Below are positions 26,280-40,200 of a stretch of DNA of 64,000 bases, in pieces. The stretch's first letter is position 1. The number at the start of each line of letters is the position of its first letter. The DNA is from Lama guanicoe (lineage: Eukaryota): positions 1,056,001-1,120,000 of the forward strand of contig MU054391.1 of the NCBI GenBank assembly GCA_013239625.1, given 5' to 3'. Under the pieces are notes generated by a model, which was not told the origin of the DNA, searched no databases, and worked only from the letters and a program-made list of their open reading frames with translations. Made by a program: the position numbers and the translations under genes.

Positions 26280-29200
26280 CAATAATAATAATAATTGTAG
26301 GAGACTTTAAGACCCCACTTACCTCAGTGGACATACCCAGAAAATCAGTAAGGAAACACTGGCCTTACATGACTCACTAGACCTAACAGACTTTAAAGAG
26401 TTATATAGGTAACATTCCATTCAAAAGCAGGCTACACATTGTTTTCCAAGTGCACATGGAACATTCCCAAGGATAGCTCATGCAAGGCCACAAAACAAGT
26501 CTTAGTAAATCTGAGAAGACTGAAATGATACTGTGTCTTTTCTGACCAGTGATAGGAGGCTAGAAATCAACTGTAAGGAGAAAAAAAAACACAGCAAAAA
26601 CATAAACACGTGGACGCTAGAGAACGTGGCACTAAACAACAAGTAGGTCACTGAAGAAATCAAAGAGGAAACTGGAAAATGCCTGGAGACAAATGAAAAC
26701 AAACACAAAACTCCAAAATCTGTGGGACACAACAAAAACAATTTTGAGAGGGAAGTTAATAGCAATACAAGCCAACTTTGGGAAATTAAAATCTCAAATA
26801 AACAACCTAACTTTGCATCTAATGAAATTAAAAAAGAACAAACAAAATCCAAAGTTAGTAGAAGGAGAGAAATCATAAAAATCAGAGAAAATAATTATAG
26901 ACTAAAAACTAGAAAAGAATCAATGAAACTAAGAGCTGACTCTTTGAAAAAATAAACAAAATTGAAAACCTTTTGTGAGACTCATCACACAGAAGAGAGA
27001 GAGGACCCAAATGAATAAAATTAGAAGTGAAAGAAATACAAAGAATCATAAGAGATTACTAAAAATTAAACATCAATGAATTGGAAACCTAGAAAAAAAT
27101 GGACAAATTCTTAGAAATGAACTATCTCCTAAGCCCAGGTCAGGAAGAAGATGTGAACAGACTGATTACACTAATAAAATTGAGTCAGTAATAATGATAA
27201 TTTTCTAAAAACTTCATTAAACAGACGTACAAGCCCAGACAGCTTTACAGAGGAATTCCACAAATAATTTAATGATGATTAAATGTCTATCCTTCTCAGT
27301 CTAGCCCAAGAAATTGAATAGGAAGAAACACTTCTGAATTCATTCTGTGAGGCCAGCATTACCCTGTCACCAAAATCAGGTAGACACTACAAAAAAAAAA
27401 GTTACAGCCTAACCTAACTGGTGAACTTAAACGCAAAAACCCTAAACAAACCAAACTTAACAATATGTTAAAAGGATCCTACTTTATGATCGGATGGTAT
27501 TTGTCCCAGGTATTCAAGGATCGTTCATTGTCTGCAAATCAATGTGAGGCGATGACATTAACAAATTGAAGAATAAATGTCATGGGATCATCTCAACAGA
27601 TACAGAAAAAGCTTTTGACAAAACTCAACATCTATTTATGAAATAAAACTCTCAACAAAGTGGGTACAGAGGTAACATACCTCAACATAATAAAGGTTAT
27701 ATGTGACAAACCCACAGCTAACATCATATCAATGGTGAAAAACTGAAAGCATTTTCTTTAAGATCAGGAATAAGACAAAGACGCCCACTCTAACCACTTT
27801 TATTTAAAACACTCCTGGAAGTCACAGCAATCAGACAAGAAAATGAAGTAAGAGGAATCCAAATTGGAGAGAAAGAAGTAAAATTGTCACTATTTGCAGA
27901 TGTCATACTATATACAGAAAATCCTAAAAATGCCACCGAAAATTATTAGAACTATAAATTTAGTAAAGTTAACATACAAAAATCTGTTACTTTTCTATAC
28001 ACTGATAACAAACTGTCAAAGAGAAATTAAGAAAACAATTCCATTACAGTTGCATCAAAAGAAATAAAATACCTAGGAATAAATCTAACCAAAGAGGTAA
28101 CAGACTTGTACTCTGAAAACTGTAAGACACTGATGAGAGAAACTGAAGACACAAACAAATGGAAAGCCATACCAGGTTCATGGCCTGGAAGAATTAACAT
28201 TAGTAAAATTACCACATCACTGGAAACAATATATGAATTCAATACAATCCCTACCAAAATACCAATGGCATTTTTCACAGAACTAGAAGAAATAATTCTA
28301 AAATTTGTGTGTAAGTGCAAAATACACAGAACCACCTTCAGAAAGAACAAAAAAACCGGAAACGTTGCGTGCCTGGATTTCAGACTATACTGCAAAGCTA
28401 CCATAATCAAAACAGTATGGTACTGGCACAAAAACAGACACATGGGTCAACAAAGGGAAACAGGAGAGTCCAGAAATGAACCCACACTTACATGGTCAAT
28501 CAGCCTATGACAAAAGAGGCAAGAATATACAGTGAGGAAAAGACAGGCTCTTCAATAAATGGTGTTAGGAAGACTGGACAGCTCCATGGAAAAGAACCAA
28601 ACTAGACTACTTTCTCACACCATGCACAAAAGTAAACTCAAACTGGATTAAAGACTTAAATGTAAGATCTGAAAGCATAAAACTTCTAGAAGAAAACACA
28701 GGCAGTACTCTTCGACATCAGCCTTAGCAATAGTGTTTTTTGGATCTGTCTCCTCAGGCAAGGGAAACAAAGCACAAATGAACTGGGACTACAGCAAATT
28801 ACACATCTTTTGCACAGTGAAGGAAACTACGAAGAAAATGGAAAGGCAGCCTACTGGATGGGAGAAGGTATTTGCAAACCACATCTCCAGTAAGTGGTTA
28901 ACATCCAAAACGCACAAAGAACTCTTACAAGTCAACATCAAGAACAACTTAATTAAAAAATGGGCAGAGGATCTGCATAGACATGTGTTCAAAGAAGACA
29001 CACCGATGTCCAGCAGGTGCATGAGGAGATGCTCCACATCACTCAGCATTAGCAAATGCAAATCAAAACCAGCGAGATGGCAGCTCACAGCTGTCAGGAT
29101 GGCTGTCACCAAAAAGACACCAAGCAAAATGCGGCAGCAATGAAGCCCTGTGCACTGCCGGTGTGAAGGTACACTGGCGCAGCCACTGTGGAGAACTGTA

Positions 29201-29856
29201 TGGAGATTCTCCAAAAGCTGAACATGCAACTCTGACATAATCCATCAATTCCACTTCTGGGTATCTACCTGGAGGAAAGTCCCCACTAATTCAAGAAGAT
29301 ACATGCACCCCAATGCTCATGGCAGCATTACTTACCACAGCCAAGACACAGAAGCAGCCTGAGTGCCCGTCAGCTATGTATACGCAGTGGAATATTACTC
29401 AGACAAAATAAATGCAATCTTGCCATTTACATCCACATGGGTGGATCTAGAGAGTACTATGCTGAGTGAAACGAGACAGAGAAAGGCAGACCACGTATGA
29501 TCTCTCACATATGGAATCTAACAAACAAGCCAACAGACAAGCAAAACAAAATGTGTTTTCAGATTTGTAGACGCAGAAAACAAACCGGAGGTTTCCAGAG
29601 GAGAAGGGGTGGGGAAGAAACTAGGTTAAGGAAATAAAGAGGTACCAACCCCAAGTTATAATGAAGTAATTGAGTCACGGAGGATGGGCTGTACAGCACA
29701 GAGAATATGGTCCCTAGCACCAGCACCTTGTACGGAGACACATGCTCACTAGGCTTACCAGCTTGGACGCTTCGTAACAAATGCAAATGTCAAATTACAT
29801 GTCGCACACCTGAACTAACATAATACTGTACGCCAACCACATTTCAATTTTTAAAG
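26280..29856 (+). mobile_element. Older degenerate L1 (endonuclease end, RT, 3' UTR)
   Basis: IIVGDF, QNLWDTTK, SLFAD, YLGINL and KTVWYWHKNRH motifs with many stops. Confidence 0.9.
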
Positions 29857-30479
29857 TCAATTAGATGAAATAATCAAAATGCTTTAAATTTGGAAAATTG
29901 TATTAACATCTCAATAGACGAGGAAAATTCATTTGGTAAAACGTAGTATGTAATCATCCTCTGAACAAAGCCAACAACAAAAACCTCTTAGCTAAGTAAA
30001 CAAGCCAAATACATGCGTTTTTTTTTGCAATTTCTTTCTGCTTCTGCCTTAAATACCACTAAAACAACTCTAGAGGGACTTTTTTACAAGCTATAAACAC
30101 AGACGACAGGGGCCCAGAAGTGGAGACAGCAGTTGTGCCGTCTGTCCCAGTTTGCCCACAACTGTACAGGTTGGCGCCTGAGTCCCAGCACACTTGGCAA
30201 CAGCATCCAACGTCACGTCAATGAGGCCTTGGTTCAGATGATCCTTTATAGAAGCATCACTAGGCCTGGAAAAGCCATGTGAGCTGGAAGCAGACTTGAG
30301 ACAAGCAAGTAAACAAGATTTTCTGAAAAAACCAAGTTCCAGGCAGCAACGAGGAAAGAGTAAAACTAACCCACCTTCCACTGTGGATTCCCAAGGAGTC
30401 TCAGGAAAGAGTGACGCAAGTTGTCCTTGGACACCAGCAGGACTACTGGGGTTCCAGAAGCCAGCCCCGCCTTCCTCGG

Positions 30480-31230
30480 TCCAAAGCCAGGTAAGCCACC
30501 GCCATCTCATCCCTGCATCACCGTGTGGCCTTCCAAACCATCTTCTCCTCTCTGCCCTCTGGAGTCTGCCCTCAAGAGGGAGATGACACTGAGCTTCATA
30601 AAATGTAAGTCAGGTCACATCAGTCCTCTGCTTAGAACTGTGAAATCTTCCCTTATGTCACTCACACAGCAAGAGCCCACATCCTTAAAACGAGCTCAGA
30701 AATGCTGCATGATCTTCTCCCCTACACACACACACACACACACACCAACCACACATACACCCCCCCACACACACACCCACACACACACACGCATCTCTCC
30801 TCAGCCTTCTCACTTCACTCCAACCTACAGGTGTCCTTACTGACCCACTAAACACACACAAGTTTCTCTGCTTGGGACGCTCTTTCTCCCGAGGACCACA
30901 GGTAACAACTCCCTCACCTCCTTCAGGTGTTTACCCAAGCACCACCCCACCACAGGCCCCACCCTTACCTCCCGCCTGAAATGGCACCCCATCATCCAGC
31001 ATGCACAGTCCTGCTGGTCCCCTCCCCACCCCCGGACCCGGCACTGCGGCCTTCTACCCGGAGTTGTGTGCTGTGTGACTGTTTACAATCATCATTGTCC
31101 CCCTTGGCGACTGTGCAGGTTCTGGGAGGGCTGGAGTCTGGGCCACGCACTGCTGCATCCCTCGAGCCCAGAGCAGTGCCTGATGCTCCCTGACGGCTCA
31201 GTTACCATCGCTGCCTACGTGTCTTGAGTG
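30480..31230. mobile_element. L2 3' remnant containing a CA-rich microsatellite
   Basis: aaatgtaagtcaggtcacatcagtcctctgcttagaac and cccagagcagtgcctga motifs typical of L2 3' ends. Confidence 0.55.
30724..30791. repeat. Interrupted (CA)n microsatellite
   Basis: Seen directly. Confidence 0.9.
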
Positions 31231-32569
31231 GGTGAAACCTGCACAAGCAGCTGGCCGGGCCTCCCCACTCCCCAGAGTCCCTCCCCTGCACTGCTCCCCT
31301 CGACTGGCAAAGACGGGAGTCAGTACTCTGGAGACAGCCCGGCATGGGTGTGCAAGATGTCTGCTGCCGTGTGACAAGTCACCACAAGTTTAGCAGCTAA
31401 AAACAAACGTTTATCAGCTCACAATTTCCGGGGGGTCGGGAGCCTGGGCTTGGCTGGCTGGGTCTTCTGCTCAGTTCTCCCCAGGCAGAATGAAGACAGC
31501 CTCCCGGCGCTCCGGCCTGAGGCTCAAGTCCTCTTCGCAGTGGAGTCAGAATGTGTAGGGCAGTCAGACCACGATCGTTCGTTACGGCCTGATCGAGTGT
31601 GGTGGTCGTGTCTGTAAGAACAGAGAGAAGCCCTCATGGATCTCAGGTGGCGGTAACTCAGTCTGGTGTTCATCTCATTGGCTCACTGACTTTAGCGGAG
31701 AGACTGGCCTGGAGAGGCTCGGAGGCAGCCGCTGCAGGGGTCCCAATGGTGCAAGATGGTTTCTCTGCCTACAGTGGTGGCAGCAGAAAGAGGTGGATGA
31801 GAAGAGACACAGCACAGGAGTGAAAGCAGCAGAAAGTGCGGCCTGAGCATTCGCGGGGTGAGGGGTGACCGTGGCCACGGGTGACCACCACATCTGCACT
31901 CTGCAGGAAAGACAGGGTGGTGGGAAGTCGGGTGGGACCCACCACCCTGTCCGCAGGTCTCGCACCTGGACCCGTACCTCCTCCAGCAACAGGATACAAA
32001 GAACTGCAAAGGACTGGCACCGTTGGGGCAAATTATGAACAAGATTCAAAACAAAAAGACCAAAACCCCACGTGCCACCTCGTAAGTGTCAGGAGCAGCA
32101 GCAGGGTCCTGCACACGACCCCTGCTCTCGGCACCACCAAGGGAGCGGGCAGACCACCCCAGCCAGCCCTCCAGCCGGCCCACCCCACCCTCACCCCATT
32201 TAAGGAACTACTGGCACCCGTTTCTTGTTCTCGCTCCCTCGGGCTGCAGCCCGAGTCCCAGGAAAGCCTGGCCTGAACTTCCCATCTAGCCTCCTGCCAA
32301 TGTCTGTGAATCAAGGGGTCTGAGAACCCTGGGCGGTAACAGTGGCACCGCTCCCTGAGGTGGGAACGCGGCAGGAGGAAGACGGTGGGTCCAGCGTGGG
32401 GCGCGGGTTTGAAGCGGTTCTGAGACACCTCAATGGAGGGGATGAAAGGGTGTTTGGGGACAGTGTGAGAACGGGTTTGGAAGACCCCCACGCTCAGGTA
32501 CCTGGAGGAGCAGGCTGGGTGGGCGAGAGCCTCCCAGAAGGGGGCGCTGTCATCCACCTGGCTTTCACC

Positions 32570-33760
32570 TAGAGGCGCTCGTAAGTAGGAAATGAGAAAA
32601 CAAAGAGGAGCAGGTCGCCCAGAGGGGCCGGGCGGGGACAAAGCCCTGCAACAGCCACGCCGCATCGGTGGTTCCCGGGGAATTTCTCCTCGTACTTAAA
32701 GAACGCGAACGCGGCGGACCCGCCCCAGAAGTGTTGTGAACGTTCACTCGCCGTCCGAATTGCTGAGCCAGCACGAGGATGACACAGCATTTTGTTGTTA
32801 GTTTAACACCCCAAGGCCCAGCCAGGAGACTCTAACATCCAAGAAACGGGCCAAAATAAGAGTGACTTTGGACCTGCTGCTGCCCGGCGCGGTGAGGGGG
32901 AGGCGACCAGCCGCGGTGCTCGGGGGAAAGGCCGGGGGCATCAGGTCGTCTAGCCGCCTCCGCGCAGGGAGCCCCGCGGGCAGGTCCCGGCCTCCGCGCG
33001 GCCTGGCTTAGAGACGCCTGAGCGCCGAGTCCCGGCCCTGGGGGCCCCTCCCCCTCACCGCGGAGTCCTCGGGGCCTGGGTCGCACGGCTGGGACGCCGA
33101 CACCCACAGAAGCCACGGAAGTGTTCCTGGCGGACGTCACTGAGGACGCCCTCGACTCAGGCCCACAGCGCCTTCCATTTCCCACCTGACTCGGAGCCTC
33201 ACAGCCGAGCCCCGCCAGCCCGCCCCGCTTTCCAGAGCTGTCCCCGCCCCCAGCTCTGCGACAGCACACCCTTCGTCTGCTGCAGCCCCCGGACAGTGTT
33301 TCCTCAGCGTCTGGTGGAGACGCGTTCCCCTTCCAGACCCCAGGCCTGCTGTGCGGCTCCACTCGTCTCCGCTTCTCCTTCCGGGAAGCGCTGATCCCGG
33401 CTTCCTGGCGGGAGGAGCGCTGGCAGCGCCAGGCTGCGTCGCGCGCAGCACGAACCAGAACCGGGCCCGTGGGGTCGGCACTTCAGTAACCACAGTGGCG
33501 TGCCCTGGAGGGACGGCCACCTACGTCCCACAGGCAACGGGGGGCCCGGTCACCTCGGAGGCGTTAGCGCGTCTGGGGGATACTCTGCTTACAAAGGCTG
33601 GAGCTGACATTCTTAAAGCCTTTTGCACTAATGGGTGACATTTGCCACCCGTTGTTTTCAAGTGGCCAACTTGATACCTGCGCTTGGGCGCCCGGCAGGC
33701 ATTGCCAAGCCCCCCGACCCGGCGCGCTCGCTCACCACCTCTCACGACCCACTCCCGCCA
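32570..33760 (-). promoter_or_regulatory. CpG island / probable promoter and non-coding first exon (~33125-33059) of the minus-strand gene
   Basis: Dense CpG. On the minus strand a CRE-like TGACGTC (33133-33139) and an ETS CACTTCCG precede a CG|GTGAGG donor at 33058. Confidence 0.65.
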
Positions 33761-33975
33761 GCTCCAGGAAGGGCACGTCTGCCTTTTCTTCCTGCAAAGA
33801 CCAAAACCTTATTTCTCCTGCAACCCGTATCAGTAAGTGTACTTTCAAAACGCACCCACCTCTGCGCACATCGAGCACTTCCAGCCTAGAACAGCCTCCT
33901 TCCGCCTCCCTGGACGACTCCTGCAGCTTCGCAAAGTCTCCCTACTTTGTTTTCTCAATGTCTATTGGCTACCAC

Positions 33976-34518
33976 TGTTGCAGAAAAATGTTACAGCTCG
34001 GTGTTACATTACAGCTCAGTTGTGACAGCACCCTGGACCCGGCAGAGAGACCAGCCAGTACTGGGAGAGCTGCAGAACTCAAGTTTATTATGCCATCCGG
34101 CTCAAAACGATTAACATTCCAAGGTCTGTATCCCGGCTATGACGTTACACAGGCCTCTTGTAGGCTGCCAGTTTTACACTTTGCAACATCATATGCAAAT
34201 AAAGTACAACAGAAGTTGACCAACCAGGAACAAGCTTTGTAGAAATGGGCCAATCAGAAGTGAGCTCCATGCAAATGATACTACAAATGGACCAATCAGA
34301 AGTTAGGGCAGTGGACCAATCAGAAGTGAGAGTAATAACCAATCAGGAGTGAAGGAAATAACCAATCAGAAGTGAGCTCAGGGAACCAATAGAATTCTAG
34401 GTGTAAGTTAACCGCTTTAGAGGCAGAAAGTGAGATAAAGCCTCTGGGCCAGGGAACCAGACGGTGTTAGCAGGAGAGTAGTGGCCCTGCCGGTCTTTTT
34501 ATGGGTCTTGCCGCCTCA
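33976..34518 (-). mobile_element. Solo ERV1-class LTR
   Basis: TG...CA termini, 4-bp TSD CCAC (33972-33975 and 34519-34522), minus-strand AATAAA near 34084 and a CCAAT array in U3. Confidence 0.85.
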
Positions 34519-35549
34519 CCACAAGAAAAGGGAGGTCCTCTTAGGAACCAGTAACAGATCATGTCACGCCTCCGTCCAAAATCATGACGTGACCCTCATT
34601 TGGTCAAGACTAGAAGGCAGACTTTTCGTAATTGGTCTGCAAAGCCCTGCATGGCGGGGTTTCTCCTTCCTTCCCTGGTTACACACCAGACGCTCTCCTT
34701 TGTCAGCCCCACGCCCTTCTGCTTGTTTTATTTTTTCTCACGGCACTTTTCCATGTCTGACGTGTTACGTAACCGGGTGACTTTCTGCCCTCCAGGCCGG
34801 GATGTGCCATCATGAAGCCGGGATTTTACTCTTGTTTGCGGCTCCGCAGCCCAGGAGTGATGGGCACACAGCAGGAACTCAGAGCATTTGTGCTGAATGG
34901 AAGAAATTCGAAAATATATTTTAGAATTAAAATAACACAAGTCGGGCTGTCTGGAGAACCCAGTTTTCAGAACAGTGCGCTGCATGAGCCCCTCGCCATG
35001 TCACTGGGCCGCGGTGGCCTTATTTCAGGGGAAGCGAGCTTTCGGACAGCGACTTTGCGACGCCTTTATCATTTGTAACACTGCTCATGGCTCACTCTTT
35101 CTGGGTGCCAAGCTTCCAAATAGATTCACAGGCACAAGGTCTCTGTGTCACAGGCCTCCTTGGCCCTGTAGCGCACGTGGGCTGGATCCAGCAGTGCGGA
35201 CAAGCCGGGTGTCCCTCGCGTGGCCACCGTCTGCCTCTGGCTGCCGCACATCAGAGCCAGCACACTGAGCTCTGTCACCAGGTTCTACAGCTGTAAAAAG
35301 ATGGGTATGGACTGTATGGACGTTAACGTCTCTTCCAGTATAAAGAATACATTTGTTTTTTTCAAAAAGCAATCAACCACAAACAGAATTAGAACTTATC
35401 TCAGTAACTCTTGGCTGTCGTGGAACTTACTGGGTTATTTCATAAAACCCGGAGTCCACAAGGGTACCATGGGGACGGTCTGTAGAGCCACCCTTTCACC
35501 TGGCGTCCAGGGAGGCCTCGGAAGGAAAAGCTTAGTCCGGGGGCCCTTA

Positions 35550-36720
35550 CATCATCCAGTCATGGCTGCGTAGGGACCTTACTTCGCCGGGGAACTTGCC
35601 TTAAACCGCACAACACACACTTTGTCAGCTGATTTCCTACGAGACGGAAATCCTGGGGAAAGTGGCAAATGGTGACCGATGCTTCTGTTTCCTCCGAGCG
35701 GATCCCCTGTCTGACTTTTCCCTGGTCTCTCGCCCTCTGGACCCGGGAGCCCTGCTGGACCGCTAGTGACACAGCGAAACAGAGGAGGCGCAGAAGGTGC
35801 ACGGCGCGCCTCGACCGCCCACCCAGCGCCGAGACGCTCCTCACGCGTAACAGGTGGGCCTGGTTCGTGGTGATATCGGTCTTTCTTCGTGTTCCTACTA
35901 ACACGGCTCCATGAAGAAAACCAAAGTAGCTAATTTTCTAGAAAGCTGGAGACATTCCCTCACTGGTTAAGGTTAAGGCTAATGCTGTGTCCGTTGTCAG
36001 AACGAAACAGTTCCAGCCGGAGGTCCAGGATCCGCCACCCAGCGTTCCTGCGATGCCTTTTGTTGAGAGTACGTTTCGAGGCAAAGAACATGTCTTGGGC
36101 TCCCAGCGAGACCCCTTCCACCCGGAGGAGCCTTTGTCTCACCCCGCAGGGGTCCTGCAGCCGGAGACTGCCTGCCCACCGCCAGGCAGAGTGCAGCCCG
36201 GCCCCAGCACCGCGCCGTCAGTCACTTCCGCTGGCGGAGGAGGAGGGAGAGGCGCGGGTTCGTTCCCATGGAGACAAACGTTCTTCCTGAGCAAATGATA
36301 ATTCTCGAGAACTCTGCACGTACCACTTGGCTCGCTTGACAAGCACTTCTGACTTCTCCCGGGGGTCGTACTGGTTAGCGTCTGAAGAGCTCGTGACAAG
36401 CTAGATCCAGGAGCCCGTCCGCCTGGAACGTACAGCCTGGTGACGGAGGAGGCGTTTGTCACCAACAGCAAAGCCCTCCGCAGAACGGGCCTCCCCGCCC
36501 CACGCGTCCTCGGAGGCGGCGCCCGCTTCTCCCCCGCCCCCTTAGGCCCTTCCCGCCCCCGAGCCCGCGCGGGACAGGACGCAGGAGGAGACGTCAGTGA
36601 GGAGAACACGCAGTCCGAGAGCCGGGTTTAATTATGCACCGCGGTGTGCTGCCCGCAGACCAGGCGACGTGGACGACCGCATGGCCACGCTGTCTCGGCT
36701 GTTCTGTCCGGCACTGCACT
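35550..36720 (+). promoter_or_regulatory. CpG island / probable promoter of the plus-strand dynein-like gene
   Basis: Dense CpG, ETS CACTTCCG near 36223, several GC boxes at 36490-36560 and GACGTCA near 36590, followed by ATG 36634. Confidence 0.6.
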
Positions 36721-38239
36721 TCCTAGTGGAGACCTCTCGGAACCGGGACCATGGAAGGACCTTGTCTCTGTGTCCTGTGGGAGCTGCTCCATTGAGACAC
36801 TGGGCAGACAGAACAGGGAATTAGCAAAGATTATTTATAAGAATGAAAAGTGAGGATCATTCTTGGTGGTTCATAAATACATGAATGGCATAACATACAA
36901 TGTTTTAAAGTAAGACAGTGTCTGTAGAGGGTAGGATGATCTGTGACCTTTGATGGAAGAACCCAAGCCAGCGTTAGCACCAGCACTGCTTTCACTGGGG
37001 TAACAACAGAATGAGAAACGCAGTCTGCAATGGTCCTGTTCTTGTGCTGAAGCTTGGGACCTTGGTGGGAGCTGGGGCTCTGCGGGGAGGTGGACTTTCA
37101 ACCCGGGTTAACAGTCTTGGGGAAGGACAACAGAGGCGGGTTTGGGGAAGTCCAGGAGGCTCCATCCTAGACGTGAGGCGGAGGGTGACTGCCGTGGCGG
37201 ATCTGCACCTGTTCTGGGCTGGTGCAGGCTTTAGAGCAAATCTGCAGAGAAAGCAATGCTATGTTCCAAACACCAAGCAGCGGTTGACTCAGGAGGCTCT
37301 GAAATGGCTCTGAATGTAGAGATAAGATTATGAGAAAGTAGGTTAACACAGAGGGCAGGCAGAGCAGAGAGCCAGAGGCAGGCTCCTGCATCCTCTGGCA
37401 GGAGTTAAGTTTACGTCAGGGGCTGCCCGCCAGTCTCAGGCTGCTCTGAGCCTGAAGGCTGCTGGGACGCTGTTAAACTGATCTGGATAAAGAAGGTGAA
37501 AGCCTTGAATGGAGAATTGAGTACACCTCCTAACAAAACAGGGTGCAGCGGCTGTTCTGGGGAAGGCACACACCTTCTTGGATGCAACTAGCCAAAGTGA
37601 CATTGGGGGGGCCACCCTGAAGGCAGAGGGCGCTCCTTTCCGGGATCCAGGAGGCATGTCACAAAGGAAGCCACCAAAGGAAGTGAGGCAGTCTCACTCC
37701 TGCAGTGAGCGTCAGGCTCTCGGAAGGAGGAGCATCAAATAAAGTAACAGGACGTGAAGATGGGGGCTGGGGGTGTGTAGTGTCCTGGAAGAATTGTCTC
37801 TCAGAGACCAGCTACTTGAAGTGGCTGTACTCGGAAACTCTAAGCTAATGGCATTTTTCCATTTCAGAGACCATATGCATTCGTGACGCATGGGGGAATT
37901 ATAGAGCACTGAATAAATTGGTGAAGATTATTATAAAACAAACCCCAAGTTGCTTCTACTACGATTACCATATGCATTCTGTATGGTGTTGATCGTATAG
38001 AATACAATGAGGCTTGCTTAATAGTCCAACAAGTGACATGTTGTGGTGAATATTCTATAAACACTTAAAGATAAAACATATTCTGTGATTGTTTTGTGTA
38101 GTAATTTTCTACACTTCTACTTTAAACTTTACTTGCTTACTTAGAATTGAAGGAGAAAGGTATGTGGCAATGTTACACTGTGACGATGAATTTGGCTACT
38201 TTTTCCAGTTTTTTTTCTTTTGGAGGGTTTATTTTTGGT

Positions 38240-40200
38240 AATTACCTTGTCAGAATTCTCTTAGCGTCTTAGATCTGTGGTCTGGTGTCTTGTATTAACT
38301 TTTGAAAATTCTCAATCTTTTTTTCTTAAAATATTTCTTTGCCCCAACACCCTGCTCTTCTTCCTCTAGGAATTTCATTACACATGTTTAGACCTTTTGA
38401 CGGTGTCTTACACTCTGACTTGTTTGCTTTGCCCCCTTTTCTCTGTGCATCTGAGCTGGGTAATTTCTACTGACCTGTCTTCAAGTTCACTGATTCTTTC
38501 CTCAGCTGTGTCACTTCAACTGATGTGCGGGCTGAGGGCATTCTTCCCGTCAGCAGACTTTATGTCATTTGATATTCTCTTAGGGTTTCCGTCTCTCTGC
38601 TGAAATTTAGACAACAGACATGTTACACATAGCTGTTTTACATCCCCTGTCTGACAGTTCCAACACGTGAGTCAGATCTGCATACGGTTCAGATGCTCAC
38701 ATTGTCCCACTGCATTTTGTGGATTTGTTCTCTCATTTTTTCATGCTTCATTCTTTGCTGTTGAAAGCGTAATATCTTATGTAGAACAGCAGAGCCTGGG
38801 GTAAACAGCTTTTCAGGTTTTGGGGCCTGGAAACAGGCGTGACTTTCCCTCTGCTCTTGCTGTGGAGTTTGAGCTGACGTAGCTAGGAGTTACACTGCTT
38901 TGAGGACTTTCTGTTGTAACACTAAATGATGAGTCCTTGAGTACTGACATCTGAGAGCAGAAATGAAATACATTCTCTGCTTATCACACTTCTGTTCAGT
39001 ATCTTACTAAAAACTCTAGCCAAGAGAGTAAGTCAAGAAAAGCAAATAGAAAGTGTCTGTATTGGGAAAAAAATGTTATCTGCATGTGCTGTTGCACGAT
39101 TGCACAGTAAATCCCAAAGAGTCTTCCCTTAATTTATAACAACTAAAATGTTAGACTAGCAAATTGCTGAAATAAAATTCTGTATAAAAATCAATTAAAT
39201 TTTATTCAGAAAAAAATGAACAAATTAAGCTGAAAAAAATTTAAAATGGCGACAAAACATTAATCACATTTCTTAAAATAAATCTAACTAGAGATGTGCA
39301 AATTCGACACATAACGTTGTAAAATTTATTTGTAACATTTAAAAAGACCCAATTATATGAAGATATGTCATGTTCATGAATTGAAATCCTCAGTGTGACT
39401 GAGACATTCATAGTCTCCAAATTTATTAGATATTTAACATCTCAACTAAAAGACCAAAGCTGTGTGTGTGTTTTCAGAAGCCTACTGCAGCACATAAGTG
39501 GAATTCCAAAAGGCCCAGTAGAGGCAATGCATTCTTGAAGCAGGACAAGGAGGGGTTTGTTCAAGAAGCATCAGCACTGATGTTAAAGCTGTGATAATCA
39601 CAGAAGGGCAAGACTGCTGCAGGAACAGACAAACACAGCGACGAAGCGGAGCAGGGGCTCAGAAACAATGTGTGCAGATGTGGACACTTGATTCATGACA
39701 GGGCTTACACCTCACTTCAGAGCAGAAAGAATCATCTTTCTAAAAATACTTATAGGACAATTTAAAAATATATATAAATTAACTTTTTAATTCTAAAACA
39801 TACACATCATTTCAAGATAAACAGAAGTCCTACTGTCAGTGAAAGGAAAGCTGAAATGCTGCCTGGGAGAATGCGTTCATTGCTTCTGGGAAATAAAGAG
39901 ACCTTAAACAAGGCAGCCGAGGCACCAGCCCTGAAGGACAGCACTGGTACGTTCGTCTGCAGTAATGTAAGAAACTTCTACTCGTCAGAAGATAGCCTTC
40001 ACAGTGTGGAGAGAGAAGCCGCAGAACGGGAGGCGGCATTTCCAGCGCCTGCAACTAGCGAAGTGGTGCCACCCAGAAAACACAAAGAAACCCTGCGGAT
40101 CAGCAAGGGGAAGAGGGGAACTGGGCAAAGTATTTCCTCACAAAAGAAAAATATTCATTGATTAATAAATACATAAAACAGAGCTTCACCTTATGATCCA
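38240..40200. mobile_element. Ancient L1M fragments (minus ORF1-like ~38240-38900; plus ORF2 ~38950-40200)
   Basis: Degenerate L1 motifs (ctactgacctgtcttcaagttcactgattctttcctcagctgtgtc; aataaatctaactagagatgtgcaa). Confidence 0.6.

Noticed and set aside
34240..34395. Regularly spaced repeats resembling a CRISPR array
   Set aside because: Mammalian context, short 23-24 bp period with related spacers, and inside an LTR U3 region.
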